IMG/VR virus record: IMGVR_UViG_3300005537_000022
Location: 34,383 to 98,382 of that record
Reading direction: 5' to 3' (one strand)
Length of the DNA stretch: 64,000 bases
Origin: a virus
Position numbers and translations under genes: made by a program. The notes under the pieces were generated by a model. The model had not been told where the DNA came from. It did not search any database and worked only from the letters and a program-made list of their open reading frames with translations. Shown here in pieces: positions 9,618 through 19,326 of this stretch (the first letter of the stretch is position 1; each line of letters starts with the position of its first letter).

Positions 9618-10088
9618 GTGAGCGAAGAACTGGCCGCGTGGCGGCAGGCGGAAGGCCGGCCTGGCGCGGAATGGGCGACCCCGCGCGAGGTGGCGCGCAT
9701 CCGCGTTGAGGTCGCCTACGGCGACGGGACCGCGATGACGTTCGCGGCCGACCGGCCGGAGAAAGCCGAGATCGACTTCGACTGGGCGCTTCCGGTCGCG
9801 CCGTTTCCCTGGGAGCCGCCGGCGCTCCAGGTCGCGCGGCCTCCTGTGCTCCGGGTGTCCGTCTCATTCGAGGCGCACCCGGCGCGGCCCGCGACCTCCG
9901 AGATCCGCACGGCGCCGGCTTGCGAAGCCCGGCTGACGGACAGGGAGCTACTTGACCCGGTCCTCGGCAGCCCCTGGATGCGCGCGCTCGCCGGGCGCGA
10001 CCGGGAAGCGTGGGCCGCCACGGGCGACCTCATCGCGCAGGCGTTCGAGGCAGGCAAGTTCGCGGCCGGTCCCGGCAGGAAGCCGTGA
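9618..10088 (+). CDS. Hypothetical protein, first of antisense 4-gene insert
   Basis: CAGAAT-7nt-GTG start; GTGA overlap with next gene. Confidence 0.6.
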   Translation: MSEELAAWRQAEGRPGAEWATPREVARIRVEVAYGDGTAMTFAADRPEKAEIDFDWALPVAPFPWEPPALQVARPPVLRVSVSFEAHPARPATSEIRTAPACEARLTDRELLDPVLGSPWMRALAGRDREAWAATGDLIAQAFEAGKFAAGPGRKP

Positions 10089-10492
10089 GTGATGCCAGCG
10101 GCCTGGCCAGGTTCTTCGCGGCCCGGCTGGACGACGACGCGCGCTACTGGCGCGTCATCAGTGAGGCGAGAGAACGCCGGTGGGCCAGCCCGAGCCCGAA
10201 AGACATCGCCGACGTGACGGCACTGTTCCTTGACCTGCTGTCCGACCCGGCGGTTCTTGACGAGTGCGAGCGGTGGGAGGCAGTCCCCACGCCGAACGCG
10301 ATAGAGAGGGGACTCGCTGACATCGAGGCCGACCGGGCGATCCTGGCCAGGTACGAGACGCTGCTGTGCCCGTCGTCGCCAGCCGACCGCCTGACGTTCC
10401 CGGCGCTGGCAGAGGCGGTCCTGGCGTGCATCCGCGACCGGGCGGCGAGGTACGCGGGGCACCCGGATTATGACGAGAGGTGGAAGCCGTGA
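10085..10492 (+). CDS. DUF6221-like actinophage protein
   Basis: FFAARLDDD...LADIEADRAIL...YAGHPDYDERWKP pattern. Confidence 0.7.
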   Translation: MSDASGLARFFAARLDDDARYWRVISEARERRWASPSPKDIADVTALFLDLLSDPAVLDECERWEAVPTPNAIERGLADIEADRAILARYETLLCPSSPADRLTFPALAEAVLACIRDRAARYAGHPDYDERWKP

Positions 10493-10836
10493 CCGCCACG
10501 TGGGACTGGCGCAAGCACTACCGCCAGACGCTGGAGATCGAGAGCCCGCTGGCCACCTGCGGCGGGTGCCGGTTCACCACGGCGCTTTCCGGGACGTGGA
10601 CAGTGGAGGACAGCAGGCTCGTGTTCCGCGCCGACCTGAACCCGCTGGCGAGACGGGGGCCGGGCATGGACTCCTGCTGCGAGGGAACCCACGAGGGCAC
10701 CCCTTCCGGGGTGCTCGATTTCCGGTACCTCACCGTGGACGGCAAGCCGCTGGGCGATGAAGAGTACGCGGCGCTCAAGGCGAGCGCGGCATCCCCGGAA
10801 GCACGGGAAGAGGAGATGGGACATGAGCGGCGGTAG
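10489..10836 (+). CDS. Hypothetical protein (Cys-containing)
   Basis: Translationally coupled ORF. Confidence 0.55.
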   Translation: MTATWDWRKHYRQTLEIESPLATCGGCRFTTALSGTWTVEDSRLVFRADLNPLARRGPGMDSCCEGTHEGTPSGVLDFRYLTVDGKPLGDEEYAALKASAASPEAREEEMGHERR

Positions 10837-11128
10837 CTACAACTATCTCTACTGCCACGTCCGGGGCCTCGAAGGGCAGCGCGAGGACATCGAGAAGATG
10901 GAGCGCCGCCTCCAGTCGCACGGCTACTACGCGGCGGCGAGGTCAACCCGCGAGGTGCTGCGCGCCCTGGACGCCGCCGAGCGGATCGCGGAGAGCCTTG
11001 AGGATGTCTGGCTGGCGGTCGAATGGGCCGACTCGGGCGACAGCGGCGAGGAATCGGTGCGGAAGGCCGTGGAGGCGTTCAGTCCCTGGCCGCCCGAGGG
11101 CGGCGCGGCGGCCCCGCTGCCGGGCTAG
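10823..11128 (+). CDS. Conserved phage hypothetical protein (MSGGSYNYL N-terminus)
   Basis: N-terminus recurrent in phage proteins; RBS present. Confidence 0.65.
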   Translation: MSGGSYNYLYCHVRGLEGQREDIEKMERRLQSHGYYAAARSTREVLRALDAAERIAESLEDVWLAVEWADSGDSGEESVRKAVEAFSPWPPEGGAAAPLPG

Positions 11129-11337
11129 GCGGCCGGCTCCCCGTTCCCGCCCTGGCCCGGCACCGGGCGCTTGCGCCGGGCGGCTTCCGCCTCTTCGATG
11201 TCCGGCCTCCGCAGGTAGCGTTCCGCCTGGTCCTCCGGCACCTCGAACTCGTCCCCCGGTTCCAGGTGCCCGGCTTCGGTGAACGCCTGCGGGTGCGTCC
11301 CGGTGTACCTCAGCCGCACTGTGCCGTCGCCGCTCAC
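11125..11337 (-). CDS. Small virion-operon protein
   Basis: PGDEFEVP motif; precedes major tail gene. Confidence 0.6.
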   Translation of the reverse strand: MSGDGTVRLRYTGTHPQAFTEAGHLEPGDEFEVPEDQAERYLRRPDIEEAEAARRKRPVPGQGGNGEPAA

Positions 11338-11777
11338 AGCCCCATCGTCTCCTTAACGGACGCCTCGAACAGCGCGGCCACGGCCGGCCCGATGGCGGCC
11401 ATCGCGTCCTCGGCGAACCTGTTCGGCCGCGTTCCCGGGTGGTTCACCCGCTTCGCGAACATGACGGCCCCGTGCCCGCTGTTGCCGACCCAGCGCAGGG
11501 CGCGGGCGTGGCGGGCCGCGATCGGGTGCGGCCCCGTGCCGCCGATGATGTACTTCGCGTACGAGGCCTGGCTGTAGTACATGACCAGCCGGGAGCCCGC
11601 CGAGGCTTCCTGCCGGTCAGCGACCGACTCGCGGAACGCGCCGGTCCGGAACGGGGCGCGGGCCCGCAGCATCTGCCGTCCGAGCGGCGCCGCCCGCGAA
11701 GCCCACAGGCCCGAGGCGGCCTCCCAGTCGAGCTTCGGGAGCCGGCCCTCGCGCTCCACCGTCATCCTGATGCTCAC
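11334..11777 (-). CDS. Neck / tail completion protein (HK97 gp10-like)
   Basis: AP.RTG, YAKY...GT.PH.I, VNHPGT.PN.F motifs. Confidence 0.8.
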   Translation of the reverse strand: MSIRMTVEREGRLPKLDWEAASGLWASRAAPLGRQMLRARAPFRTGAFRESVADRQEASAGSRLVMYYSQASYAKYIIGGTGPHPIAARHARALRWVGNSGHGAVMFAKRVNHPGTRPNRFAEDAMAAIGPAVAALFEASVKETMGL

Positions 11778-12280
11778 CCCTGCTTCACCTCCGTGATGCG
11801 GAGCTGTATCTCCGTCGAGAACCAGAGCTGCCGCAGGGACATGGTGGTCCGCTCGGGCGGGTAGTCCATGCCCCAGTTCTCGCCTATGGACGTGATCTGG
11901 GTGTCGGTCGCCGCCGTGGCGTTCGGCCCGACCGGATTACCGGCCGCGTCGATGAACAACGGCATGACAGTGGTCTCGAACACGTCCGTCACCGCGTCGA
12001 TCACCTGCGTGAACGGCTCGTTCGCGAGCGCGTCGTCCGGGGTGTCGAGGTAGGCGAGGTAGAGGCTGACCGGCCAGGTGCGCTTGCGGAAGCCGGGCCC
12101 GCGCGGCGCGGACTGGCGCACCACGTCGACCCGGCCCGGCCAGATGTAGGCGCGGGGCTCCTTCAGCTTCTCCGACGTAGGCGGCGTGATGTACGCCTTC
12201 AGCGGGCCGGGAACGCCCGGCGGCATGGCCAGCCCGTCGGCCAGGCCCCGGATATAGCGCGCCACGCTGTACAGCCCCAC
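11774..12280 (-). CDS. Head-tail joining / tail terminator-like protein
   Basis: Synteny and size. Confidence 0.6.
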   Translation of the reverse strand: MGLYSVARYIRGLADGLAMPPGVPGPLKAYITPPTSEKLKEPRAYIWPGRVDVVRQSAPRGPGFRKRTWPVSLYLAYLDTPDDALANEPFTQVIDAVTDVFETTVMPLFIDAAGNPVGPNATAATDTQITSIGENWGMDYPPERTTMSLRQLWFSTEIQLRITEVKQG

Positions 12281-12284
12281 GGGC

Positions 12285-12431
12285 TCACCAGATCCCCTTC
12301 GGGGCGTTGACCGTCTTCTTCCCGGCCCCGGCGGACTTGCCGGCGACGGCGCCCTTCGCCTTCTTCGCGGCCAGGGCTGCCGCCCGCCGGTTCCGGCCGG
12401 TCCTGCGGCTGCTTCCGCGCTTGTTCGCCAC
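12285..12431 (-). CDS. Small very basic protein (48 aa)
   Basis: Below ORF-track cutoff; GAGGAGG RBS, GTG start; MANKRGSSRRTGRNRRAAALAAKKAKGAVAGKSAGAGKKTVNAPKGIW. Confidence 0.6.
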   Translation of the reverse strand: MANKRGSSRRTGRNRRAAALAAKKAKGAVAGKSAGAGKKTVNAPKGIW

Positions 12432-12442
12432 GATGCGCCTCC

Positions 12443-13403
12443 TCAGATCACTCTCTTGAAGGGGTCGAGCAGCAGTTCCATCTCCGTCGCGATGTCCGAG
12501 ATCCCGGAGCCGGAGGAAACCTTCTCCCCGGTCAGGGTCTGGATCGTCACCGAGTCGATGCCGCCTTCCAGCGCCTGGATCGCCGCGGCGTAGACCGCGC
12601 TCTCGATGACCGTCGCGGGAAGCGCGGACACGACCGTGCCCGCCTCATGCTGGTACTGGAGCGGCGACGACAGGGTGAGCATGCCGGGGCCGGACAGGGC
12701 GAATCCCGCGCCGTTCGGCAGGGGGAACGCCGTGTTCGCGGTCACCGACGCGACGACGGCCTGCTCGGTCGCGCCGCCGTCGTAGGCGAAGCCGGCCGCC
12801 CCCGCCCACCCGGTCACGTCGTCGACGTACAGCGTTTCCGCCCCCTCCGGGGCGTCCTCGGTGAGCGACGTGTGCGGCCAGCCGTTCACGTGCGACGCCT
12901 GGACGAGCAGGCCGCCCCTGCGCCTGGCCGCCGCCTGCCACGAGATATAGCCGGGGGCGACGTCGACCGTCCAGCTCCCGTCCGGCCCGGTCGGGGCCGC
13001 GGAGTCGCCGGAGAAGACCAGCGGGTGGCGGATCCGCCACTGCCCGGCCGGAACCGGCGTCCACGCCGCGGGGAACGACCGCGCGGGCGACGTCTGGATC
13101 GCCAGGACCTCGGTGACCGGCCAGCGTTTCATGATGAGCACGCCGTTGCCCGTATCCGGGTCGACGTTGCAGCGGGGCATCCCCGGGCCCGCGGGGTACT
13201 CGGTGTTCACCGTGGCCCGCAGCACCTGGTGAACATAGGTGTCGATGCGGCTGGTGGCCTGCCAGCACATCTGCCGGGCGGCGGCGAGCTGGTCGGCCTC
13301 GGTGGACTGCGGGGCGGGGATGATCGACCACGACACGCCGGGGTAAACCAACCGGGGCGTTGATCAGCATTTGAGGGCTGACATAAGGCGTCCCGAGTGA
13401 CAT
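12443..13403 (-). CDS. Head-tail adaptor/connector protein, split by a 10-nt coding gap at 13337-13346
   Basis: GGAGGTG RBS and ATG at 13403 give MSLGTPYVSPQMLINAPVG; the body (VSWSIIP...LLDPFKRVI) is in another frame; C-terminal LL.P(F/Y)KR is typical of adaptors. Confidence 0.75.
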
Positions 13404-13462
13404 TGGCATCACCTCCCGGGGAAGACGCTGGGCGATCGGCAGCTTCGCGAACTGGCCGGCCG

Positions 13463-13828
13463 CTAGCAGCCGACGGCGGCCTGGGTTGCGAAGGCCGTCG
13501 TCGTCCCCGCCCACTTGAGGTACCAGCCCGCGGGCAGCCGGACGGTGTACACCGTCCCCGCCGTGGCCGCGGCCGACGCCATGATCGTGGCGGCGTTCGC
13601 CGCCGACGTGGGGCCGATCGTGATGGACGTCGCGGTACCCGAGGTCGTGCACTCCAGGTAAACCTGGTAATCCCGGGTGGTGTCCGAGAGCTGGGCCGCG
13701 GTGCCGCTCGCGAACGACGGGGTGAGGACGGGGGCTGAGGCGGCCGTGCTCGTCCCGGCCGGGAACGACACGGGGTCGGTAGGGACGCCGGCCAGGCTGC
13801 CGGGGCCGGACGCAAGGGCGTTGGACAT
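13463..13828 (-). CDS. Putative head decoration / virion protein
   Basis: A/T/S-rich, GGAGG RBS, downstream of capsid gene. Confidence 0.6.
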   Translation of the reverse strand: MSNALASGPGSLAGVPTDPVSFPAGTSTAASAPVLTPSFASGTAAQLSDTTRDYQVYLECTTSGTATSITIGPTSAANAATIMASAAATAGTVYTVRLPAGWYLKWAGTTTAFATQAAVGC

Positions 13829-13945
13829 GAAAACCTCCGGGCATGGGAAAGCGCCCCGGGGCGGTCGCGTCCGGGGATGGAACGAGCGGTGCAGGGGTTT
13901 TCTCACGCGGCCTGGCGCGGGTCGCGCCGGGTTCGCGGCGGCTTG

Positions 13946-14389
13946 TCAGGCGGACTTGTCCGCCGGGGCCTTCCGCCGCGGTGCGGGCTTGTCCGCAGGC
14001 TCGGCGTCGCCTGCGGCGTCACCTGGCTGCCCCGCGGCGGGACTGGCGGCGGCGCGAAGCTCGGCAAGCTCCCGGCGCAGCTCGGCAAGCTCGGCCGCCA
14101 GGTCCGCCGGGGCGCCCGCGCCATGCGCCTGCTTGCTCAGCTGTACCAGCTCGGACACGGCGGCGTACAGCACGGCCGGGTCCCGGTGCCGCTGCTCGGC
14201 TTCCTGGTGCATGCGCTCGGCGCGCATTTCCTCGTCTTCCCACATCCGCTTCTTGCGGACGTGCTGGCGCAGCAGCCGGTCCGACAGGTCGTCCGGGAAG
14301 GTGAACCCGCCGTCGCCGTCCGGCTCGAACCGGCCGTATTCCGGGTCCTCGTGCGCGATCGCGCCAATGCGCGAGTACAGCCTGGCCAT
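13946..14389 (-). CDS. Hypothetical protein after major capsid
   Basis: AAGGAG RBS before MARLYS; short coiled coil. Confidence 0.65.
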   Translation of the reverse strand: MARLYSRIGAIAHEDPEYGRFEPDGDGGFTFPDDLSDRLLRQHVRKKRMWEDEEMRAERMHQEAEQRHRDPAVLYAAVSELVQLSKQAHGAGAPADLAAELAELRRELAELRAAASPAAGQPGDAAGDAEPADKPAPRRKAPADKSA

Positions 14390-14519
14390 GCCTGGCGCTC
14401 CTTTGAACACGCCGGAAGCCCGGGAGGCGGAGCAGAATCCCCCCGGGGCTTCCGGCACGGGCGTTTGAGCCGCGATGCCGCGGCGGTGCTTTTCGGTGCA
14501 GTCGGCCGGTTACGTTCGG

Positions 14520-16022
14520 TTAGCCCACGTTCTGGAGCACGGACATGGCGAGCGGGGCGCGGTTCACGAAGGCGCCGTTGCACCTCAGCTCCGTCTCGCG
14601 GCGCGGGCCGCCGCCGGCCGTGTTCGCGATCCGGGAGGCGGCGTACTCGAACTGCGTCATGTCCCGCAGCGCCCGGTAGGCGAGCACCGAGGAAATGTTG
14701 GCCTGCGGGAACGGAACGCGGTCGCTGCGCGCGATGATCGTGCCCGGGGGCACCGACACGTGGACCTCGATCGGCACGGGAATGCCGCCCGCGGGGGCGT
14801 TGAGCACGTGCCCGACCCGGCCGCCGGCCACGACGTCGACACGGCCGTTCTTGTCGGTGTTGAGGAACGTCGTCGCCGAGTTGCTGCCCAGGATCAGGTT
14901 GGCTATCTCCTGCGCTTGGGCCGCGTTCACCATGATCGCGGTCGGGGAGACCTTGATCGACTGCCACAGCGCCAGGAACAGGTACTGCTCGATCTCGGTG
15001 ACGGTGCCGCCGGTCAGGGTGAGGGCGGCCCCGTTGAGGCTCGTGTTGATCGACGGGTTAGCAGTGCCGGTGCCGGTGGTGACCCACTGGCCGGTGGCGT
15101 TGTAGTCGCCGGACAGGGTGGCGAGCAGGCCGTCCATGTCCGCGGCGTTCGCCGACCCGTTGTCGGCGCCGCTGTTGAAGGTCGGGACCGTGTTCGCGAT
15201 GCCCTTCCAGCCGGTCGACAGGTCCGGGACGGTGATGGCGGACGGGAGCGCCTGATTCGAGGTGATGACCTTGGTCATCGTGACCGCGTTGGTGGTCGTG
15301 GTCGTGTAGTAGTACCAGGTCGTGCCGTTGCTGGACTGGAACCAGTCGTAGCAGACCGCGCCGCGTACGCTGGCCACCGAGGCGGTGATCGAGTTCGTCG
15401 TCCCGGACCCGAACGTGGTGCTGCTGCTGTTGCCCTGGCTGTTGCCCGAGCCGTAGTAGTACCCGCTGCCAGTCCGGGCCGCAACGCCGACGTACACCTG
15501 GACGGCGCCGATGGTGCCGCCTGTGCCGACCTGGGTGAGCGACGGCGCCGCCGGCTGGACCAGCGCGAACGACTGCGCGCCGATGAACTTGCGGTCCTTC
15601 GCGATCAGCATCTGGTTGACCAGGTTGAACGTCGCGACCGCGAAGGGGTCCGCGTATCCCAGGGCGAGATCGTAGGAGTCCTGGGTGACGATGGTGTCGA
15701 ACGACAGCACCTTGTATGCGGCCTGGAAGTCCTGCTCGCTGAAGACCAGCTCGGAGCCGGCGTAGTCGAACGGGGTGGCCGGGTCGGGCTGGGCGGCGTT
15801 GGTGTTGAGGATCGCCCGCCAGACGGCGTACTTGTTTCCGTCCTGGCTCTTCTCCGTCGGGATCATGTCGAAGAACGGGGTGACGACCGGGACCTGGGAG
15901 ACCAGGCCGGACAGGTCGTAGGACGTGATTCCGGTGGCAGTGGTGATGCCGGTGGTCTGCGCCTTGGCGATATCCGCCATGGCCGCGAGGGTCTCCTCGG
16001 AGATCTCCTGCTGCGTGGGCAC
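14520..16022 (-). CDS. Major capsid protein (about 500 aa, with inserted beta-rich domain)
   Basis: GTG start with AAGGAGG RBS; follows scaffold; YDLS...VPVVTPF N-terminus; strongly biased codons. Confidence 0.85.
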   Translation of the reverse strand: MPTQQEISEETLAAMADIAKAQTTGITTATGITSYDLSGLVSQVPVVTPFFDMIPTEKSQDGNKYAVWRAILNTNAAQPDPATPFDYAGSELVFSEQDFQAAYKVLSFDTIVTQDSYDLALGYADPFAVATFNLVNQMLIAKDRKFIGAQSFALVQPAAPSLTQVGTGGTIGAVQVYVGVAARTGSGYYYGSGNSQGNSSSTTFGSGTTNSITASVASVRGAVCYDWFQSSNGTTWYYYTTTTTNAVTMTKVITSNQALPSAITVPDLSTGWKGIANTVPTFNSGADNGSANAADMDGLLATLSGDYNATGQWVTTGTGTANPSINTSLNGAALTLTGGTVTEIEQYLFLALWQSIKVSPTAIMVNAAQAQEIANLILGSNSATTFLNTDKNGRVDVVAGGRVGHVLNAPAGGIPVPIEVHVSVPPGTIIARSDRVPFPQANISSVLAYRALRDMTQFEYAASRIANTAGGGPRRETELRCNGAFVNRAPLAMSVLQNVG

Positions 16023-16099
16023 GATGCCTCCTTCCGGGGGGCATGCGAAAGCCCCCGGAGCGGTGCTCACGGGGGCTGGTTCGGTCTTAGGGCGGAGCG

Positions 16100-18118
16100 C
16101 TACCGGCGGGCGCCGTGGATGGCCTCAAGGTGCGTGATGGCCGACCGGTTCAGCTCGGCCGCGATCCGGTTGGCCTCGGCGGGGTCCGCCGTGTACATGC
16201 GCTGCTTCATCTCCCTGGCCTTGGCCACGTCGATGAGGGGCGCCGCCCCGTGGTCCTGTCCGCGAAGCTGGCTCGCCGGGGGGACCTGCCCGTTCGTGAA
16301 TACCTTCGGCGCGGCGGGCGTCTCCTCCACCTTCGCGATGCGGGCCTCCAGCTCCCCGACCTTCGCGAGCGCCCCGGCGACGTCGGCCTGCTTGGCCACG
16401 TCCTGTGCCGGGGGCATCGCGCCGAGCGCTGCTGCCACTGCCTTCGCGACGGCGCTCTCGAGCGCGCCTTCCGTCACCGTGATCACGCCTGTGCCCGCGG
16501 CCTTCCCGACCGCGTCGGCGGGGGTTCCCGCGTCGGCCGGGGGCTGCGGGGTCATGTCGCCGGCATCCGGGGCGGCGTCCTGCGCCCCGTCGCCGTCCGT
16601 GCCGTCCGCGGCGGGCTTGCCGCCCGCGCCGGTGACCGGCTGGATCGCGTCGGGGTCGACGATGCCGATGAGGTCGCCGTCCTGGTCGAACACGGCCTGC
16701 ATCGCCTTCTTCTCCCCGTCGCCGTCGGCCTTCGCGACGCGGAGCGCGATCGACTCCGTGTCGGTGACGCCGACGAGGCGCCGGCCCTGGTCGTAGACGA
16801 GGGTGAGCGCGGCCTTGACGACCTGGCGCCCGGGGACGTCGCCGGGGAGCGCCGCGGCGGAGCCGGCCGCCACGGGCTCGCCCGGGGCGGCGTCGCGGGC
16901 CTGCCCGGCGGGGGATGCGGTCTCCTTGGCGACGTCCGCCGCCTTGGTCTCGGGCACGGTGCCCTCCTTCTCCTTGGCGACCGGCTCTGCGGCCTGGGGT
17001 GCGGACGGGAGGCTCGCGAGCACGTCGCCGAGGGCCTGCGCGGCGTCCCGGATCTTCGTCTCGTTGCTGGCGGACAGGACGCGGCCGGACTTGGCGACGG
17101 CCGCCAGTCCCTCGGCGGCGTCAAGGTGCGCGGTATCGAACCCGGCGAGCGCCTTGCACATCTCCGCCATCTCCGCGCCGATCTCCGCCTCGGCCTGCTC
17201 CCCGGCGGCGAACACCGCGAGGTTCCCGATGGCGTAGTCGATGGCGCAGGCGGCGTCCTCAAGGCTGAACGCGTTCTCCGCGTCGGACGGGTCGGCGGAG
17301 GCGGCTTCGAGCATTTCCCGCTCGGCGAGCATGCACAGGGCGTTCTTCGCGCGGGCGAGGATGCCCGCCCACTTCTGGGCGGTCGCCGCGTCGATCGCCT
17401 CCCACGCCGGGGAACCGGGGTCGGTCGGGTCGCCCGGGACGTCCATCTCGTCATCGGGGGCGGCGAGAGGAGTCGTCGGGTCCATGCCGTCGATGCCCTC
17501 GTCGAGGACGACGGCGTCCCCGGCCATGTCCATTACGTCCTTGCTCACCGCGTACGGCACGCCGGCCTCCTTGGAAACCTTCTTCTCGCCGAACCTCCGC
17601 TGGGCGGCTTCGACCTTGGGCTTCGCCTTGTCGCCGAACTTCGCGCCCTGGGCGATGCGGGCGGCGGCGTTGTCCGCGTGGGCCTTGTCGTGGATGGCGA
17701 AGTGCCGCAGCGAGCGCGGGGTCGTCTTGCCCTCGGCGTCCTTCTTGCCGCCCGGTTCGATGTAGGCGAATGCCGAGTCGGGCAAGTCGTTGAGGCTCTT
17801 CGTGCTCATGTCGGCCTTGGCGACGGAACCGGCTGGGTCCGCCTCGCGTACGCTCGCGGCGTGGATGAACGCGGCCATCGCCGCCGGGGAGCCCTTGATG
17901 ACGATCCCGTTCGGCAAGGTCGTTTCCCCCGCCTCGGCTACGGCTGGCACGGGGGCCTCCTCGATGAGGTCGCGGACGAAATCAGGCTCGAGAAGACCGC
18001 CGCCTTCCGTGCCCTTCATGACGAGCCACTCATCGACGCCGTGCGCCGGAGCGCTCACCAGGTCGGCGCGCGGCAGGTCGGCGTCGAACAGGCCCGTGAA
18101 CTCCTCGTCGTCATCCAT
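16100..18118 (-). CDS. Capsid scaffolding / head assembly protein
   Basis: Acidic, Ala-rich 672 aa with repeated V(A/S)K motifs and an LPDSAFAY...HF.IHDKAH..NA domain; between protease and capsid. Confidence 0.7.
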   Translation of the reverse strand: MDDDEEFTGLFDADLPRADLVSAPAHGVDEWLVMKGTEGGGLLEPDFVRDLIEEAPVPAVAEAGETTLPNGIVIKGSPAAMAAFIHAASVREADPAGSVAKADMSTKSLNDLPDSAFAYIEPGGKKDAEGKTTPRSLRHFAIHDKAHADNAAARIAQGAKFGDKAKPKVEAAQRRFGEKKVSKEAGVPYAVSKDVMDMAGDAVVLDEGIDGMDPTTPLAAPDDEMDVPGDPTDPGSPAWEAIDAATAQKWAGILARAKNALCMLAEREMLEAASADPSDAENAFSLEDAACAIDYAIGNLAVFAAGEQAEAEIGAEMAEMCKALAGFDTAHLDAAEGLAAVAKSGRVLSASNETKIRDAAQALGDVLASLPSAPQAAEPVAKEKEGTVPETKAADVAKETASPAGQARDAAPGEPVAAGSAAALPGDVPGRQVVKAALTLVYDQGRRLVGVTDTESIALRVAKADGDGEKKAMQAVFDQDGDLIGIVDPDAIQPVTGAGGKPAADGTDGDGAQDAAPDAGDMTPQPPADAGTPADAVGKAAGTGVITVTEGALESAVAKAVAAALGAMPPAQDVAKQADVAGALAKVGELEARIAKVEETPAAPKVFTNGQVPPASQLRGQDHGAAPLIDVAKAREMKQRMYTADPAEANRIAAELNRSAITHLEAIHGARR

Positions 18119-18137
18119 CAGCGACCGCCTTGCCTGC

Positions 18138-18656
18138 TCATGCCGTCTCGATCCGGCGGCGGGCCGCCCGGCCCTGCGGGGAGAAGCCGTTCACGCGCCG
18201 GGATTTCGCCAGGCTCCACGCGTACTCGTCGCAGATCCCGCCGATCAGCCATGCCATGCCGGACTTGATCACCAGGCCGCTGGGCTGCTCCCAGTCCGGC
18301 CCCCGGTAGATGTAGTTCTCGGTGACCGTCATGTGGCCGAGGGTGCCGTCCAGGTGGGCGATGCCGATCTGGCCGCCGCCGGGAAGGAAACTCCAGCAGG
18401 CTTTCTCAAGCTCGTCGGGGGTGAAGGTGTCCCGGCCGCCGTCCTGGCCCTTGCGGATGCGCGGGTCGGGGCCCGCCTGGTAGGCCAGCCCGAGGAGGAA
18501 GCGCTTCTCGTCGCCGGACTTGGCCACGGGAAGCGCCTGCCGGACCACGCCCCGCCGTACCGGGGCCGGGAGCTGGCGGGCGGCGTCCTCGGCGAGGATC
18601 TTTCGGATCTCCGCCCGCAGCGTGTCCGGGTCGATGTTCACCAGCACGGCCACCAC
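18138..18656 (-). CDS. XkdF-like prohead serine protease
   Basis: ELEKACW.F, IG..H, ENYI, W.....GFSPQG motifs. Confidence 0.8.
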   Translation of the reverse strand: MVAVLVNIDPDTLRAEIRKILAEDAARQLPAPVRRGVVRQALPVAKSGDEKRFLLGLAYQAGPDPRIRKGQDGGRDTFTPDELEKACWSFLPGGGQIGIAHLDGTLGHMTVTENYIYRGPDWEQPSGLVIKSGMAWLIGGICDEYAWSLAKSRRVNGFSPQGRAARRRIETA

Positions 18657-18679
18657 GTCACCTCCGCGAGAATGAGCGT

Positions 18680-19144
18680 GTGAGCGAAGACATCCACCGG
18701 GAAGGGCGAAGGCCGGTGAGCGGGCGAGACGAGCTGGTCCCGTGGCTGCGGCAGCGAATCCGCGAGCGCCGCTACCTTGCCGGGCGGGCCATCGAGCTGG
18801 GCAACGCGGCCGTGTGGGAAGAGACGAGCAGCGGCGTCCTCGTTACCGGCGAGCCGACCGAGGCTGACGCCTGGCACGGCACCTGGGCGATGGGCGACTC
18901 GTCGCTAGCCCGGCTGATGGAAGCCAACGACCCGAGGGACACGATCGCCCGGTGCGAGTCCGAGCTTGCGGTCCTTGACCTGCACGACGCCGAGCCGCTT
19001 GAGACGGACCTGCCTGACGGCGACTACCGGGTCCGGCAGGTCTGCACTCGGTGTGATGACGGCTACTGGCCTTGCCGTACCGTCCGCCTGCTCGGCTACG
19101 GGTACCGCTGGCAGCCCGGCTACAGGGAGGAGTGGAAGCCGTGA
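18680..19144 (+). CDS. DUF6221-like protein (second paralog)
   Basis: NDP...IARCE, WPCRTVRLL...Y...PGYREEWKP. Confidence 0.75.
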   Translation: MSEDIHREGRRPVSGRDELVPWLRQRIRERRYLAGRAIELGNAAVWEETSSGVLVTGEPTEADAWHGTWAMGDSSLARLMEANDPRDTIARCESELAVLDLHDAEPLETDLPDGDYRVRQVCTRCDDGYWPCRTVRLLGYGYRWQPGYREEWKP

Positions 19145-19326
19145 GCGAAGACGACTGTTACGACGGCTTCCTGCCGGCACTCGCGCGAGTGGGCGACGAC
19201 GTGACGCTGACGTGGGAGATTGTCAGCCGCGTCCTTTACGAGATGCGGAACGCCGAGAACGCGTACGGGCCGGGCGGCCCGTTGCCGGCTCGGCGGCTGG
19301 GGCGGCCAGGTGCCCGCCTCGCCTGA
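19141..19326 (+). CDS. Hypothetical protein
   Basis: GTGA-coupled to upstream gene; overlaps an opposite-strand ORF. Confidence 0.4.
   Translation: MSEDDCYDGFLPALARVGDDVTLTWEIVSRVLYEMRNAENAYGPGGPLPARRLGRPGARLA

Noticed and set aside
12645-13844. 399-aa minus-strand ORF as a real gene
   Set aside because: Only the short MSLGTPYVSPQMLINAPVG part looks coding; the rest is the off-frame read-through of the adaptor gene.
14475-16796. 773-aa plus-strand ORF (likewise 4822..6846, 16115..18268, 23091..25097, 32125..34011)
   Set aside because: Antisense shadows of real genes, expected at high GC; R/G/P-rich with no motifs.
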